Of a stretch of 64,000 nucleotides of DNA, positions 45,251-59,024 are shown piece by piece. Position numbers and translations under genes: made by a program. Under the pieces are notes generated by a model. The model saw only the letters and a program-made list of their open reading frames with translations. It did no database searches and was not told the origin of the DNA. This stretch comes from a bacterium (GTDB taxonomy: Bacteria; UBA8248). Location: assembly GCA_965213685.1 (NCBI GenBank), contig CBDBZY010000064.1:1280001-1344000 (forward strand), in the 5' to 3' direction. Within the stretch, counting starts at the first letter, position 1, and each line of letters opens with the position of its first letter.

Positions 45251-47205
45251 TACATCCAGTGGCACCCATGACATCAAATGTTCTGCATGCATGCTATCCT
45301 CACACAACTGATGAAGGCGGTAAGGTCAAAATGTTGGTTGTGTTATACGATACTCATACAATCTCAAACTATTGTCTGCTACTACTCTTTGGATGTACTA
45401 TGTAAGCTCCACACCTTATTGAGAAAGAACAAATGCAAAACTCATGACAGACAGTAGTGTTTGTGTACACAGATACAAGTACATTAAATGCAGGGATGGC
45501 AGTATCAAAATCCAAAGGAAAAAACTGCAGTTATGACAGTATCTAGTGATGGTGACATACAAACATCTCTCCTTCAAGGTAGACCCTCAAAAGAAAGATG
45601 AAGATATGTATTGACAGTTTGGCTGTCTCCCTCAGTGAACCATTTTAGTTACTTCAGGGTAGAGAAACACGGGAGTATGATAGCTAATGGCCTAAAAGGT
45701 TTAGAACACAAGCATTTGTAAATACACACACGCACTATGGGCACGTCAGCAGCCTAGGATGGTATATATTTGTACCTCCAAATGAGGCTTACATAAATAC
45801 ATAGTGAATTCATCAGATCTTTCTTGCATTTCTGTGTGACATAAGCTACTGATTTTTTCAAAGAATCACTCCATTGCAACAGCAGGAGCATTTTGTCCAA
45901 TACCACCTGCATCTTTGCTTGTCAGAAAGGGGCCTCAATTTCTTTTGCAGTTCAGTTCTTCTACTTTCGTTCATTACTCATGTAACTTGCTAATGGTCAT
46001 ATCTCCAACAATTGCCTCAGTCAGCTCATAGAAAAGGAAAACTGTTGTGACATATCACAGCTCCTTTAAACACTACAGACTCTTGGGTTGATGCAAGTGA
46101 AAATTGGTTAGTTTACATGTACATGTACCTACTAGAAGATATAATTCCATATGTACCGGGGTATGCACATGAAGAGAACTACTGATTAGTCTGTTCTAAT
46201 GAATCCTTTAGGTACAAGTATAACTAATGAAATGCAAACCCTTTGCACAATGGACTCATGATAATGTATGAAATGCAACAAAATCCTGATCTGAAGCTCA
46301 CAATTAATTTTTGGGCAAACAGGGGAGAACACATTGGTGATTGGAATACCAAGTACATGTCATTGTGGAGATAACAAACTGAGCTGCATCTCATGTGGCA
46401 ATTTGAGTGTGATGCGAAAAAACGAGGACAAAAATTAAAGTGCAGTTACGTACAGGTAGACATAAACATGTACAATGTATGTGAGTATCAAGAAAGCACA
46501 CATGCTAATCAATGAAGTGTACGGAAAATTGCTAAGTAAAGGACAGAGAGCTTAGTAGCTGAAAGAGAAGAGTACATGAACACGTTAAATGCTTATATGT
46601 ACATTCCACATAGTGTTTAATTAACATACATTAGCCTTTTAATCGATTGAAGTTCTTCAAGATTGATCGATGTACATGTAATGACTGGTGGTAGCTGTTT
46701 TCTGTGTGCTAACACCTGAGCAAGGAATCCTGCCGTCCCTTTTCACCCTCCCCCATCAAAAGGTTATCTAAAGCATGAGGTATGACTGCATGTGTGTGTG
46801 CCAGTTACTAGGGGGCCACTGAGGTGAAATCAAATCATGCGGCATTCAAGCTGTTTCCTGACTGAAACACAAGCAATGACCGTGAAAGCAACGTGGGCAA
46901 ACGGTTTGCCACTTCCACAATTGAAAGCTTCCTTAGAACTAAACGTGCCAAGTGGAGAGAGTCTAGATTGCAGCTGAAAGCTCCCATCTCCAGAGTGGCT
47001 AAATGGCTTCCGATCTTCTTCGAACAAATGCTGTTAGAAAGGAAAATCTTTCTAGTTTCACATTACCTGCGCAGAATTGGGATAAATGGTACATGTATGT
47101 CCAGGCTGCGCGCGAAGCTTGAAAACAGCCTGATTCTCCAATACATTTGGTACTCCAAGATGATCCGTGAAGTACTCTGGATGTGATGTCACGTTCAATT
47201 AGCGT

Positions 47206-47253
<48 letters not shown>

Positions 47254-47315
47254 TCATTGACTACCATACATACATGTAAGTGCAGGTACAATGTACATGG
47301 TACCTGACTACTTAA

Positions 47316-47993
47316 AGGTGGTGTGACATCATGAATATTAATGAGGTGTTTGGTTGCTATGGGACAGTATTTCAGAAAGTACCCTAGCTAAGGACGCCGC
47401 GATTGCACTGTTAAAAGTGCTGCACACGCCACAGCTGCTATACGAAGTTTCAGAACTGTAGCTTACTCTGTCACCGGAAGGTGAAGCGGTCAATTCTCGA
47501 CTTTCTTTTTCATAAAACTCCCTAACTAAACCATCTATGTCCTTGAAACTTGGTTCCTATGGCCATTTCCACTAGCCCAATCGATTAACAGAGCCGTTTT
47601 CGTTCTACGAAGTACGCAAGCATGACTTTTTGAACTTTTCTCAGAATTGGAGCGTTGAATTTGAAAACACTCTCTGTTACGGTCTTCGGTACTGCCCCAG
47701 GATGACGCAAACGGCTGGGCATCCTTTTTCGGACAAGCGCAGAGGAGTTTTACAGAGTTATGCATGCTACATACCTTACATGGGCCTTATTGATTCTATG
47801 GTTTCGGTAGTTGCCATAGCAAAACCATAGGAATGCTAATTTACCTGGTTCCGAGAAGGGCGCTATACGCGTAAGCGCCCGTGGGCAATGTAACAGCGCA
47901 GCTGTGGCATATGCATGGTTTCCTCTAATTAACCGCAAAGCCCAAGCGCTGCACATTCCTTTGCAGCAACGTCGTATCCATGTCACACCACCC
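47316..47993. mobile_element. Kolobok-type non-autonomous element
   Basis: TTAA TSD at 47312-47315 and 47994-47997; RR..YY termini with TIR (A/G)GGTGGTGTGACAT. Confidence 0.78.
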
Positions 47994-50676
47994 TTAACTT
48001 ATGCACTTAGCCATCAATGGCTGTACTGCTAAACTGTGTAATGAAAATACACCCATTATTATACACAAAATCACACATGTACCGCCACACAAAGTAACTG
48101 CATACACACATGAATTTATACCTTGTGTATGCCATTAGATGGCTAACCTCTATGTTCTTCTTCTCCCTGATTTTTCCCCGTACAGTAGCATGGCAGTAAA
48201 TATTTGCCAGAGGAATTAAGGAGTAGATCCCATACTTCAGGCAACTCTCCTCTACAGCCTCTGCATTCTTTCCAGCAGTATAACATGGTACTATGTAAGT
48301 AATAATACCTGGAGCATGTACACAGAGACCAGGTACCATAGCTCAAGCAATGTTGGATATACAGGACAAAAAAATGAAGGCAACATCACATACATGTAGC
48401 TTAAATAATTTACTTTCAGGTATGATGTACATCAAGCACGTACAGTGTACATGTTTTACACACAACACTCCATTCCTAGGGTTGTATGATTGTATGCGCT
48501 CAGTCACCTCATTGCACACCGGCCAACATGCCAGTAGGGTAACAATGAGACAATCTGAGTTACTGGACATTGATTGCTGCATTAGAGGCTATTATGTATA
48601 TGTACATGTACATTATGGAATGTACATGTACACCCCTGTATGTAACTACCAGAGAAGTACATGTATTTGGCCATGAGAAGGACCCTGAATTTCTCACACT
48701 GTATATTCTATCTGTATTTGCATCAGAGGCAGAGGTGTTTTGAAATTTAAAGACACAGCCAGGGACCTATGAAAATAGTCCAACACCCCAAGGTGGATCC
48801 TATAGTTTCGCCTGGTTGTATACAGGTCATGTGCTGTTAGTGCAAAATGTGGATTGTTAAGTCTTGGAAGGCAAACTTGAGCAGCAGTGGGTGACAGTTT
48901 GTATGTACATGCACACATCTTCACACATCTATATAATTCGATCACCTCCAACATCAGGATGAAGGTAACAATTTACAAACTTGATCCAAGTATAGTATAT
49001 TATTGTTGACTCAGGTGGAGAAAAAAAGTGGAAAGACAAACTTCCATCCTGAGCATGAAACCTGGGTCCAGGGACTGGGAGTTCATGCAGTTTGTCTTCC
49101 CATGCATTCTTCCCTGTGTACTGCCAGCCCAGTTGTTGACAATTCAGCCAACTTCCTACTGAGAGACCACCTTAATCTTGTGCCATCAGAACCCCTTCAG
49201 GGTCAACTGTAAACACATCTCCACTAGGAGATGAGCTGTAAGATGATGATGAAATGTATTGATCAATACTTATATGGCATTGAAACCTGGTGGTGGAAAT
49301 AAGTACAGCATTTTTATTGACTCAGGTGGTCTGTCAGTGGGAAGTTGACTGACTAGTCAAGGACCACTGGCAGTAAATAAGGAAGAATGGCAAGATGTTT
49401 GTCCCAGGTACATGTACATGTACATACATGAAGAGGTATCTACTGTACATACATGTAGTAGGGTTGCTATTTACAATTCTAATGGCACTGCTCATGCTCA
49501 TTAATAGGTCCATGACTACATAATCATGAAGGGAAATTTGCTTTCAGTGTCCACCATGGTTTCCACAAAATCTGTATGTAAGTAGGAATTTGCAGAAAGC
49601 TCTTAATTACAAATCTCAAGATCACTTCTATGGCAAGGAAAGTGAAATCACTTGCAGTGCACCTTCATTCTTCTTTTTCTAGACAAAGACGTACATGTAG
49701 TAATGTCAATTGAGGCACATCTACTACCACACCACACAAGAGCATAGATAGTGCATGTACCTCTTAAGGACAATTTGGTACATGTGATCATAAGAATGGC
49801 ATTTTTAAGGGCCACAAATTTCCACTAGTAGCACTTGAGATTATGGTCCTGTCCTTAGAACAGTGGTGGTGCTACACTATAATAAGGTCCTGATGAAGTG
49901 TATGTTCAATACATTTGTGGGCTTGGATAACACTGTCTTAATATGGCAGTAGAAGCCCCCCAAGTACCAAGTACTGTAGGTTTGATGATGGCTGGTATGC
50001 TTTCCTTGCCCTTCCAGGCTCAGAGAGCATACCAGCCATCATCAAATCGTATATGGGAGTTACTGATGTTCAACACATACATGTATGTGCAACCTTAATT
50101 CTGAGCTCAATGCTAGTGGTGGGCGATATGATAACAATGTATCCACATTTCTGATTCCAGTAAGAGCTTAGCAGATATCGATAATTCCACCACTTTACAA
50201 TCTTCGTCTTGTTCCCAGACTAAGGTGCTGTGCTTTGACATGGTATGCTTGCATTTCTGTGAACTACACAATGATTTTCAGTTCCACCTCAATGTAATAT
50301 CTAATTGTAGCTGGCTATGAGATTAATGAGAGGCCCACCACTAGCATTTCCATGACATGAAACTGTGTGATCAAAATACGTACGTCATTCCACAATGTCA
50401 CGTACTAGTCTGGCGTAGCCTGACTAGTCACGTACATGTACATGCACTTACGTTGCTACACCAGGCACCAACAAACTAACTGACATGTTCACGCATAGTT
50501 CAGAAGGAATGTCAAACTCAAGAGACATACACACTCACATAGCCCAATATCTGAGAAGCAACCGAACAGTCCATTCGACCACATGCCTGACATGTTGACT
50601 GACAAGCCGTTAAAAGACAGATTACCAAGCGCGTTTAACCCCTTACGCCCTGCGCCTCCGTTGCGCGCGCCTCTTC

Positions 50677-52045
50677 AACAAGCGGCTAGGGACAGGAATG
50701 TGACCGTCGACCTTTGACCCTAACTGCATGCGCTAAGCGTTATTGCGACCTGTAAATGTACGTCAGGCTGTAGCGCTTCTTTATGCGTGCGTCTCAGATC
50801 AGAGTTAGGCATTTGTTATAATTGTACTGTCACGATGCTCATGTCTTCTTGGATAACAAGTGAGTTACCATACAAAATGCAGAACGTGGACGTTCTGTAC
50901 AAACGCGCTTAGGTGGGCAACAATTGGAACACCTTGACCCCACTCCTGGCTTCTTTTTTTGTTTCTCGTAACCTACACACCGCCTGCAATGTGACTACCG
51001 ACAGTAAGTGAGGTATCAGTGATAGTTACAAGTCTGCATGCGCTATGCAGGTTAGACTGTCTATCTGGCTTCATGAGCTGGTGGAAATACTGTAGATATG
51101 GTATACGTCTAGTGTAACATGTACATGTAGTTTAGTACTTTCTGTGTGCTGCTTTCTGATGAACGTCAGTCATCCAGATACCTTCTCATTCTCCAGTTTA
51201 CAGAGTCAAATGCCTTATCCCTGGCTACTTTCATGAGTATGTATGTAATTTAAATTGCCTGTTTCACCTCTATCTCCTATAGCTAAGTAAATTAAATTTT
51301 GGAAGATAATAGAGGTATTGCAGTATGGAGACAAAACATGGGTGCAGAGTACGTGCTATAATACACAATGTCTCATGGCAACAATGATGACATGATGAGT
51401 ACGCCACATCTGATTATGTGATATAAGCCCTATATTGTTGAGCATGCAGCCACCTTAGAAGACGTTACTACATGCAGTTAACAGACTTGAATAATGTGTA
51501 GCTACTGCATCTATACTGTCGATGCATGTATTCACATAATCACCAGTCTGATATGCATATCCTAGGCTGTTAGCACATTTGAAGCATCACGCACTTTAGT
51601 CACACATGGCATACTCGTTGAGTCATTGTTCCTGTGCGTATTATAGCATGTACTCTGCTGCCTCCATACCCCTTTATAATCCCTCTCTGTAATCTGCAAT
51701 TTTTTTAATTACAGTAAGCTGGTGAGAAATGCTCTTGATACAGAGATGGCATAGGCTGAGGTATCAGTTACATGTAGCATGTTTACTAATTAACACACAC
51801 GTGCATTGAACAAAGAGGGTAAGGTTCACAATTCCAATAATTGTACAAAGCCAGATCACCTGCACACCTTGCTGTACAGGGTCAAGTTATGGAACTACTC
51901 TGAACTAAACGTGGCAGTGAGGACATGGTTGTGTAACAAGTGTGAGAATTGGTTTTCTTGGTAAGAACACATAACTATCACTGGTGCCTCACTTACTGAT
52001 AGTACTCACATTCGATGGTCACTTTCCTGTCCCTAGCCGCTTGTT
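50677..52045. repeat. Degenerate ~1.4-kb foldback (palindromic) element
   Basis: aacaagcggctagggacaggaa (~50677) vs ttcctgtccctagccgcttgtt (~52024); cagtaagtgagg..cagtgatagtta (~51002) vs ~51972-51998; gcagagtac.tgctataat (~51344) vs ~51642; centre about 51510. Confidence 0.7.
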
Positions 52046-52215
52046 TCAATTAATGCCTCTCGAGCAGTGAGAGTCTTGTCAGACCAAGTGATGATCAACC
52101 TTCTGTTGTTTGCTGAACCGAGTATTAAGGTGGATGAAATGTGGGACACTCATCGACGTTAAGATTAAGGGGAATCTCGTTATGTATAGACTTGCTCATG
52201 AGATTAAAATTGCGG

Positions 52216-53820
52216 GTTCACCCCAAGTGCAACGTTAACCCTCCCTTCGCGCACTTTAATAGCCACTGAAATACAAGATCAATATGTTGGAAGTATGCAG
52301 CACCTCGAGGTAAAGAAAGTAGATGTCTAACTTAGCTTCATACGCAAAATGCGCATTTTGGCCCTTGTGTAGCGGCGTAGGGGGAAGTAGACTGCCAAAA
52401 CTAAGATCTTCTCACACGTTTGTAGTATTATATAAACGGTGGACACAGGCCAAAATTTGCAGGGTTCATAGAGAGGGTTGCACCCTGGGATCCTCCCCCC
52501 TGAAATTCAGGTTTGTACTCTAACATCATTAGATTTTAAGCAAGTGAAAGCATTTTGATAGCAGACGGGAATTGGTAGAGCATACGGTTTCCATAGGAAT
52601 AATAGCTACCAGGCTCACTTATAAAGTGTTGGCTTAGTTCATACAAATTTTGGCACTGCAGAAAGCGTTGCATGTTATTGTGACTTAACAATTCTGCAAT
52701 GCCCCCCCCCTCCCCTCCTCCCCCAGCAAAATATAATCCTAACTTGTGTTACAAAAGATTTTGAACTAACTGGCTGCTTAGTACTTCCAAGTCAAGTGTT
52801 TGGTGCAATGTGAGCTGTGTGCCCTTTGATCTAAAATACCAAGGGATTTAACACAGGCTGCCAGCTGTATATACTGTGGCTTACAGGATTATTCTGAACT
52901 CCAGTTAACTCTGTACATGATTATGATGGCATGAGTACACCGTCAGATGGAGTGCAGTGACGTGATCAGTAAATAGGTTTAAGATAAGTCAATGGAGAGA
53001 GTGATATGTACTTCTGACAGCTGTGGAGGACCTGGAGCAAAGATATTGTGAACATCACTTTTCAAACTTTGTGTATACATCTTTGAGCATATAGTGAAGA
53101 ACGGAGCTGGGAATTAATGGATGTGGTACAAGCCATATAAGTAAGAAGTATCAGGATCCCTGAAGTTCCGGATAACTTTCACTTTGAGATACTCTACAAT
53201 GAAGCAGAAGCCATTTTGATCTGAGAGTTGCCATAAATGCTCACAATATCCTTGCTCCTCCACAGTGTCATATCCCTTAGTATAGTTAGACAAGACCAAT
53301 GCTCATCTCCTCCATAGCTGACAAGTGTGTCAGATCCCTTGCTATATTACATCAAAAGCACACAGCTCACTTAACTTGGAAGTACTATGCAGCCAGTTAG
53401 TTCAAAGCCTTTGTAAGTGCGTATGAAGCTATACCAAAATTATCATGCTTAATCGTCTACTTTCTTTACCTCGAGAGGCTGCATACTTCTTCACACATAC
53501 TTCTAACACACGATGTGAGATGCTGCATGCTTCTAACACGTACTTCTAACACACGGATCCTTTGAGAAGAGCGCTTAGTTTTGGCAGTCTACTTCCCCCT
53601 ACGCCGCGACAGAAATGCGCATTCTGCGCATGAAGGTATACCCAAATTATCATGCTTAGACGTCTACTTTCTTTACCTCGAGATGCTGCATATCTACTTC
53701 TAACACACCGTGTGAGATGCTGCATACTTCTACACATACTTTAACACACGGATCCTGTATATCAGTGATGAGTTATGTGAAAGTGCGCGAAGAGAGGGTT
53801 AACGCTACACTTGGGGTAAC
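52216..53820. mobile_element. Non-coding element with long modular TIRs (>200 bp)
   Basis: 52216-52415 is inverted at about 53560-53820; a second IR pair lies at 52760-52840 / 53330-53410. Confidence 0.75.
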
Positions 53821-54670
53821 TTGAGACTTGAGAGAAGTAATTGGGTTCTGTTTCCATATCCTGGTGTTCAGTTGGTTGCGAGTGTTGAGGTGACTCCTGT
53901 TGTAGCAGTGCCATTTTGATGAAATGTATATGTTTGCAAACAGTAGTATGGATTGTTACATCCACACACATGCAGGAGTACATGTGAATGCATACTCTAC
54001 AGCTGGCACATTTCATTTTGCAGTTACATTGTTGGTCTTCCTTCAGTACAGTGTAGTTAACTCCTTTCAGTTGCTCTGATGCTATTTTCCACCCTGTGTC
54101 GTCCTCCAACTGAGAATAGGAAGATTTCGTTTGCATTGCAGCTTTGTGCTTTGAGAAATTCAGTGTGAGTTCTTGCCTCTTTCTACTTTACACAGTCATT
54201 CAAATGTTTTGTCCCATGTAATCTTCATTAATGTAACAATAAGGTGATCCAACCGCCTGTTTTGTTTGTGTTGTAAGTAGACAACCTTTACAAGCCTGTG
54301 AAAGGTTTCCAAGAACATGTTGGTATTCACAGCCGTTTTATGTCTATAACATGGTGCCCATTGCATAAGACGTGTACAGTAGTTGGCCTTAAAGTATGCT
54401 GCAAAGCTTGGTTGTGTCTTTTCCACAAAAGCTAGAGATTGTTGTAGTCTGAAGTCTGCTTCATTTATTTCCTGCAATAGAACCCAGAACCCTGAGATGA
54501 TGGCATCATCTCAGGGTTCTGGGTTCTATTGCAGGAAATAAATGAAGCAGACTTCAGACTACAACAATCTCTAGCTTTTGTGGAAAAGACACAACCAAGC
54601 TTTGCAGCATATCATGGTATACTTCTAGTCTATTTGTGACATTGGATATGAGGTTGTTAAGTGCCTAACA
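53820..54670 (-). pseudogene. MULE/Mutator transposase C-terminal part with SWIM finger
   Basis: FAAYFKANY...WAPCYR...NTNMFLETFHRLVK..YL..KQNRRLDHLI; C.HMYSC.C.D......CKHIH. Confidence 0.8.
54395..54611. repeat. Perfect palindrome, 108-bp arms, 1-nt spacer
   Basis: 54395-54502 is the exact reverse complement of 54504-54611 (checked base by base by eye). Confidence 0.95.
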
Positions 54671-54869
54671 TATTTGCAAAACTGTGTTGTTTTCACCACC
54701 ATTTTGTTCATGTGACTGTCACATGACGAAATGATATTATAATCGGACTATTCCCTGATGATGGAAGATTAATTTTAATGTATATTAGTATGTCCCACTA
54801 GCATGTACCCAATGACAAAAACTTCAAAATTGGATAGTTTTCGATCTCTTCATGTGGCACACTGTACAC

Positions 54870-55285
54870 TAAGATGACATTTTATGCCAATCAATGGAAG
54901 CATCCCTAATTGCATTGATGACAGGGTGAAACCTTCACTTGCCAGCACTGCCATAATATATATATGACGGTTACACAAAGGTGAAATTTTGTGCCAATTG
55001 CTTTAGTCAATGGACACATCCTTAATTGTATTAATGACAGAGTCATACTCTCACCTGTCTGCCTAATTTGCATTGATGACAGGGTCAAACCCTCACCTGT
55101 CAGCACCACAAATGGTAGACGTTGACACAAAATTATTCCATATAATATATATGACAGTTACACAAAGGCAAAATTTTATGCCAATTGCTTTAATCAACTG
55201 CAACATGCCTAACTGTATTAATATCAGAGTCATACCCTCACCTGTCTGCACCACAAATGGTAGATGTTTACACAAAAATGTTGCC
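54870..55285. repeat. Degenerate modular tandem repeat
   Basis: Recurring blocks ttttatgccaat, tgcattgatgacaggg, ctcacctgtc, atatatgac.gttacacaaagg. Confidence 0.7.
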
Positions 55286-57029
55286 TTATAATATACTTAC
55301 TCTTCTCTTCTATGCTAAATGCTCCACTGAATGACCATGCCTCAGGAATAGTGAATAATAGTGAGGAAGAGGATGGGCTTTAAAGGTGGAAAGTATGAAG
55401 CTTTGCCAGAACCAAACTTGGTTGCCTGTTCATGCATGCTAATTTACAACTCCATGGTACTGTTTCTATACTACTATATTAGTGCTATAGAGTCACAGCC
55501 ACAGACACACTGCATAACCATTACAAGATTAATCCAGATATCAAGGCAAGCTCAAAATACCACAGGTCCAAGGGGCCACAAATAACTCTGTTGGATGTAA
55601 TTGTATGTAGATGTGAAAAATACAGGTTTTGTATAAATTTTACGTGATTGGGTGAGCATGTAAGCAAGCAAGTTAATAACACACTGAACACACAGCATCT
55701 TTGCATTGTTGAGTATTTATACTCACTAGTGGAGAGTCGTTCTATAACTTCTATTGCCTACTGCTAACCCAGACTCATGGCGGCAAACAGCTTGTTACAC
55801 ATGCGCAGATAGATGTTTGTGGTAGACTTGAGCAGGAAACACCACTGCGATTCTCAACCTTAGTTTGTGACTGACAGAAAACTCTGGTCATGACCAATCA
55901 CAGAGGTTTGTTGGTCTTCCTGCTCATGTTATCGGCACTTTCTCCCCCATTCCTTTCAGAATATCCTTCACAACTTTCAGACGAGCTGCAGTTTTGAGAG
56001 CAACCTCACAACCAAGACATTCAGCACCTCTTGCTAACTCCAACATTCTTCGTACATCTCTCTTGGATCGTTGGACTGCTCTTGCTCTCCATGATTGCAG
56101 ACCTGGAAGTTAGTATGTGTGTTTGGGGCTAATAAAATGCTGGCATCACTTCCTGGAACCCGATCACAGTATGACATTTCATAATGGGCAGGGGTCGCTT
56201 GACTCATGCATTTTTTTCATAAAACAGTCCTATACACAGAGTGTACTCATCAGTCAGATCTGTATAATGCTGTAAGCAAGAAGTGGAACCATGTGCAGAC
56301 CTTAATTCACATATATAGGAAGGAGAGTGAACACTGTGGACTCCATAGCCCTTGTGCATGGTTTTTATGTGTTTTTTAATGACCAGACCAAAAGGTGGTG
56401 AGAAAACATTGATCAAATTCCCTGATGTAGATGTACATCTGCTCTAACTAGCAGTTTATCATGACATCATGTTTCCTCTACAAATTATTCCAGGAAGACG
56501 ACAATTATTGGTGTTATGATTATTATTAAGTGCATACTTCATTTCACTTTTGTTATTTCTCATGTGATCAAAAACATGTAAGTGCACAAGTGTTGCTTGC
56601 ACTCATGCATTAAAAAGCAAAAGACATGTGACTGCACACTTTCATATGCATCATAGAAAGAATCAAACATTGATGTGTGGCACCACAGTGGGAGATAGAT
56701 ACTTGCAGACAGGCCACTAACTTGTAAGGTACCTGTCTGGATGTTTCTAACATAGTGACTGTAATGGAGGAGCATGAGGGTATGACCCTGTTATTAAGGC
56801 AATTAGGGGATAACTGCCTCTAACACGTAGTACTGTAGGGGTTAAATATGTATGGTATTTGTCAGATTACATTCCACGTGCGTGTAATTGGCAACTCTGC
56901 AATCTGATAGGATCTGCAACTATAGTTGCAGACGCATAAGTCATTGATGCTAGCGTTCCCTGACCCCTTCCGCGTGTGCGCGATTAGAAGGGTGTGGTCA
57001 GGCTACGCCAGACTAAGATTCTGTCTGTG

Positions 57030-57264
57030 GGCAAACTGAATGAATTGCTGTACAAACTACAGAAGCAGGGAGAGGGAGGGTAGGCAGGTGTCTTGACGAC
57101 CTAGCGAAGGCTCACTTGTGTTTCAGAAGGCAGCAGAAGAGCTAACACAATACTGGCGATCGCTTCCAAATTTTCACCAGCCACACCTCAATGATATCAT
57201 TCATTGCGCTATCTTGATTTCGGTAGCGGGTACAATGTGGTCAGTTTTCGCAGATCCGGTCACA
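57030..57264. repeat. Fused fragments: foldback-family piece (57030-57151) and right end of the TGTGACCGG element (57155-57264)
   Basis: Match to about 29855-29975 and about 62606-62721, respectively. Confidence 0.75.
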
Positions 57265-57469
57265 TATATCAGACCGCACGCAGCTAAGGGTATTTTTGTG
57301 CAAACGTAATGGGCTTACCTTGAGTAACACAAAGGTAAGTTTGGCAGAAAATATTGCCTTTATGTATAAAGGCAGCATTGGCGAAAAACAAAGGCAACAT
57401 TGGCATAACATTTTGCCTTTGTATTTTATGCCCAACTATGGTTCTTTATACCCAACTATGATCTGTATG

Positions 57470-57720
57470 TTAGCGTGCAAGAATGGCTCAGTGTGCCACT
57501 GTGCATTTGCGTGCCAGAATATCAATGCACGGTAGCGTTCCAGAATGGCTCACTATGCCAATGTACATTAGCGTGCCACTATGGCAGTGTACAGTAGCGT
57601 GCAGGAATGGCTCACTATGCCACTGTGCACTTGCGTGCCAGAATGGATCACTAGGCCTATGTAAAGTAGCGTGCCAGAATGGCTCAATATGCCAATGTAC
57701 AATACGGTGCCAGAATGGAG
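57470..57720. repeat. 36-bp minisatellite (gcgtgccagaatggctcactatgccactgtgcactt)
   Basis: About 7 full or partial units. Confidence 0.8.
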
Positions 57721-58631
57721 ACGTGTGATCTTCCTCTGTTTGAGGTGGTGTATATTGCAAACACACTTCTTTCGTTTCTGGATTAGTCAAAAAAGCAGTA
57801 GTTGATGTGGCTGGCAGGTTCAGTTTGGTCTATAAAATATGACTTCTGGTAGTGGGTTTGAAGACTAAAAAGGTATTGCAGTACAGCCTACATTGATTGC
57901 AGTGAAATATACAGCAATGAAAACAGGAAATCAGCACAAAGAATGGTTTCCTCCTCTTGATACACAAAATGTGTACAAGTATGTAGTATAGAGATATTGC
58001 AGTATGCAAACATGCACATCATAGTGATTATTCTGTAAATGCATTGTATGCTAAAACGAACAGAGCTGCTACATATTATTTTATATGTTAACTTACCTGA
58101 AGCATTTGGAAAAGAAGACAGCATGTTCACTAAGTATTATGTACACTATGCACACCAAGCGCGGTACTGGATGTATATTGTAGTACTTAGTGCAGTACTA
58201 ATTACATGACATCACTTCCAGCCGGTCTGACTGGCCGAGCCATTCTCAGTGCAAACTTGGAGGGCTGAGCAGTGATGATAGTGCAGCAATGGACTGACAT
58301 AATTGGAGTTACTTCTAGTAAAACTACATTGTACATTTTGTTTGGAGGTACATACAAGCATAGTAGGCATATGCAGAGTACATGTATACAAGAACAGTAT
58401 AGTACATGTACATTATTTATAGAACTGTAGTAACTTAATCTGTAGGAGTCTGTAGAGCATGCGCGCAGTCAGTATAACCCTGCAGAGTAAAGGTAAGTTC
58501 AGGTGAACAGTACATGCAAACTCAGATGTCCATATTCTTCAGAGTTAAATACAGTTCAGACCCCTCTAACCTACTGCTAGTCTGGCAATATTTCTTGATG
58601 TAACACACCAAAAGGTAGACTGAAAGAGGTA

Positions 58632-59022
58632 CTGTATTTCCTCGAATAGACGCCCGGGCGTTTATATCCTTCGCGACTTCGCGGACCCGGCGTTTAAACG
58701 GGGCCGGCGTTTATTTACTTCACGTTTTTCTTGCCCACGCCCACCCACGCTACGTAGCGCACGCCGAGGTCGAAATTCACTTCAGTTCGTGCGACCGTAT
58801 GGCACGTCAAGGGAGTGACAGGCACACTCAATAGCCTTTTACTTGAAGGACACGTCGCAGCATCTCTTCTGTGCCATTGGAGTAGCAGTAGGTGAAGTTC
58901 AGCTATCCCCTTTGAGTCTACCGTGCGGTGCACGTGGACTACGCGCCACGCCCCCAAGCTGGTACCGGGCCTTAATACCCCCGGCGTTTAAACGGGGCCG
59001 GCGTTTATTCGAGGAAATACGG
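58632..59022. mobile_element. TA-TSD MITE (Tc1/pogo-type termini)
   Basis: TA-CTGTATTTCCTCGAATA...TATTCGAGGAAATACGG-TA; internal repeat ccggcgtttaaacggggccggcgtttatt occurs twice. Confidence 0.85.
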
Positions 59023-59024
59023 TA

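Noticed and set aside
52235-53802. TTAA-CCC...GGG-TTAA read as a piggyBac element with TSD
   Set aside because: The inverted symmetry extends about 20 bp beyond both TTAA (ccccaagtg / cacttgggg), so the TTAA is internal to the TIR rather than a TSD.
55930-56105. Possible next exon of the ankyrin gene (minus strand, ttccag acceptor)
   Set aside because: The open frame is short with no recognisable domain, so it cannot be supported.
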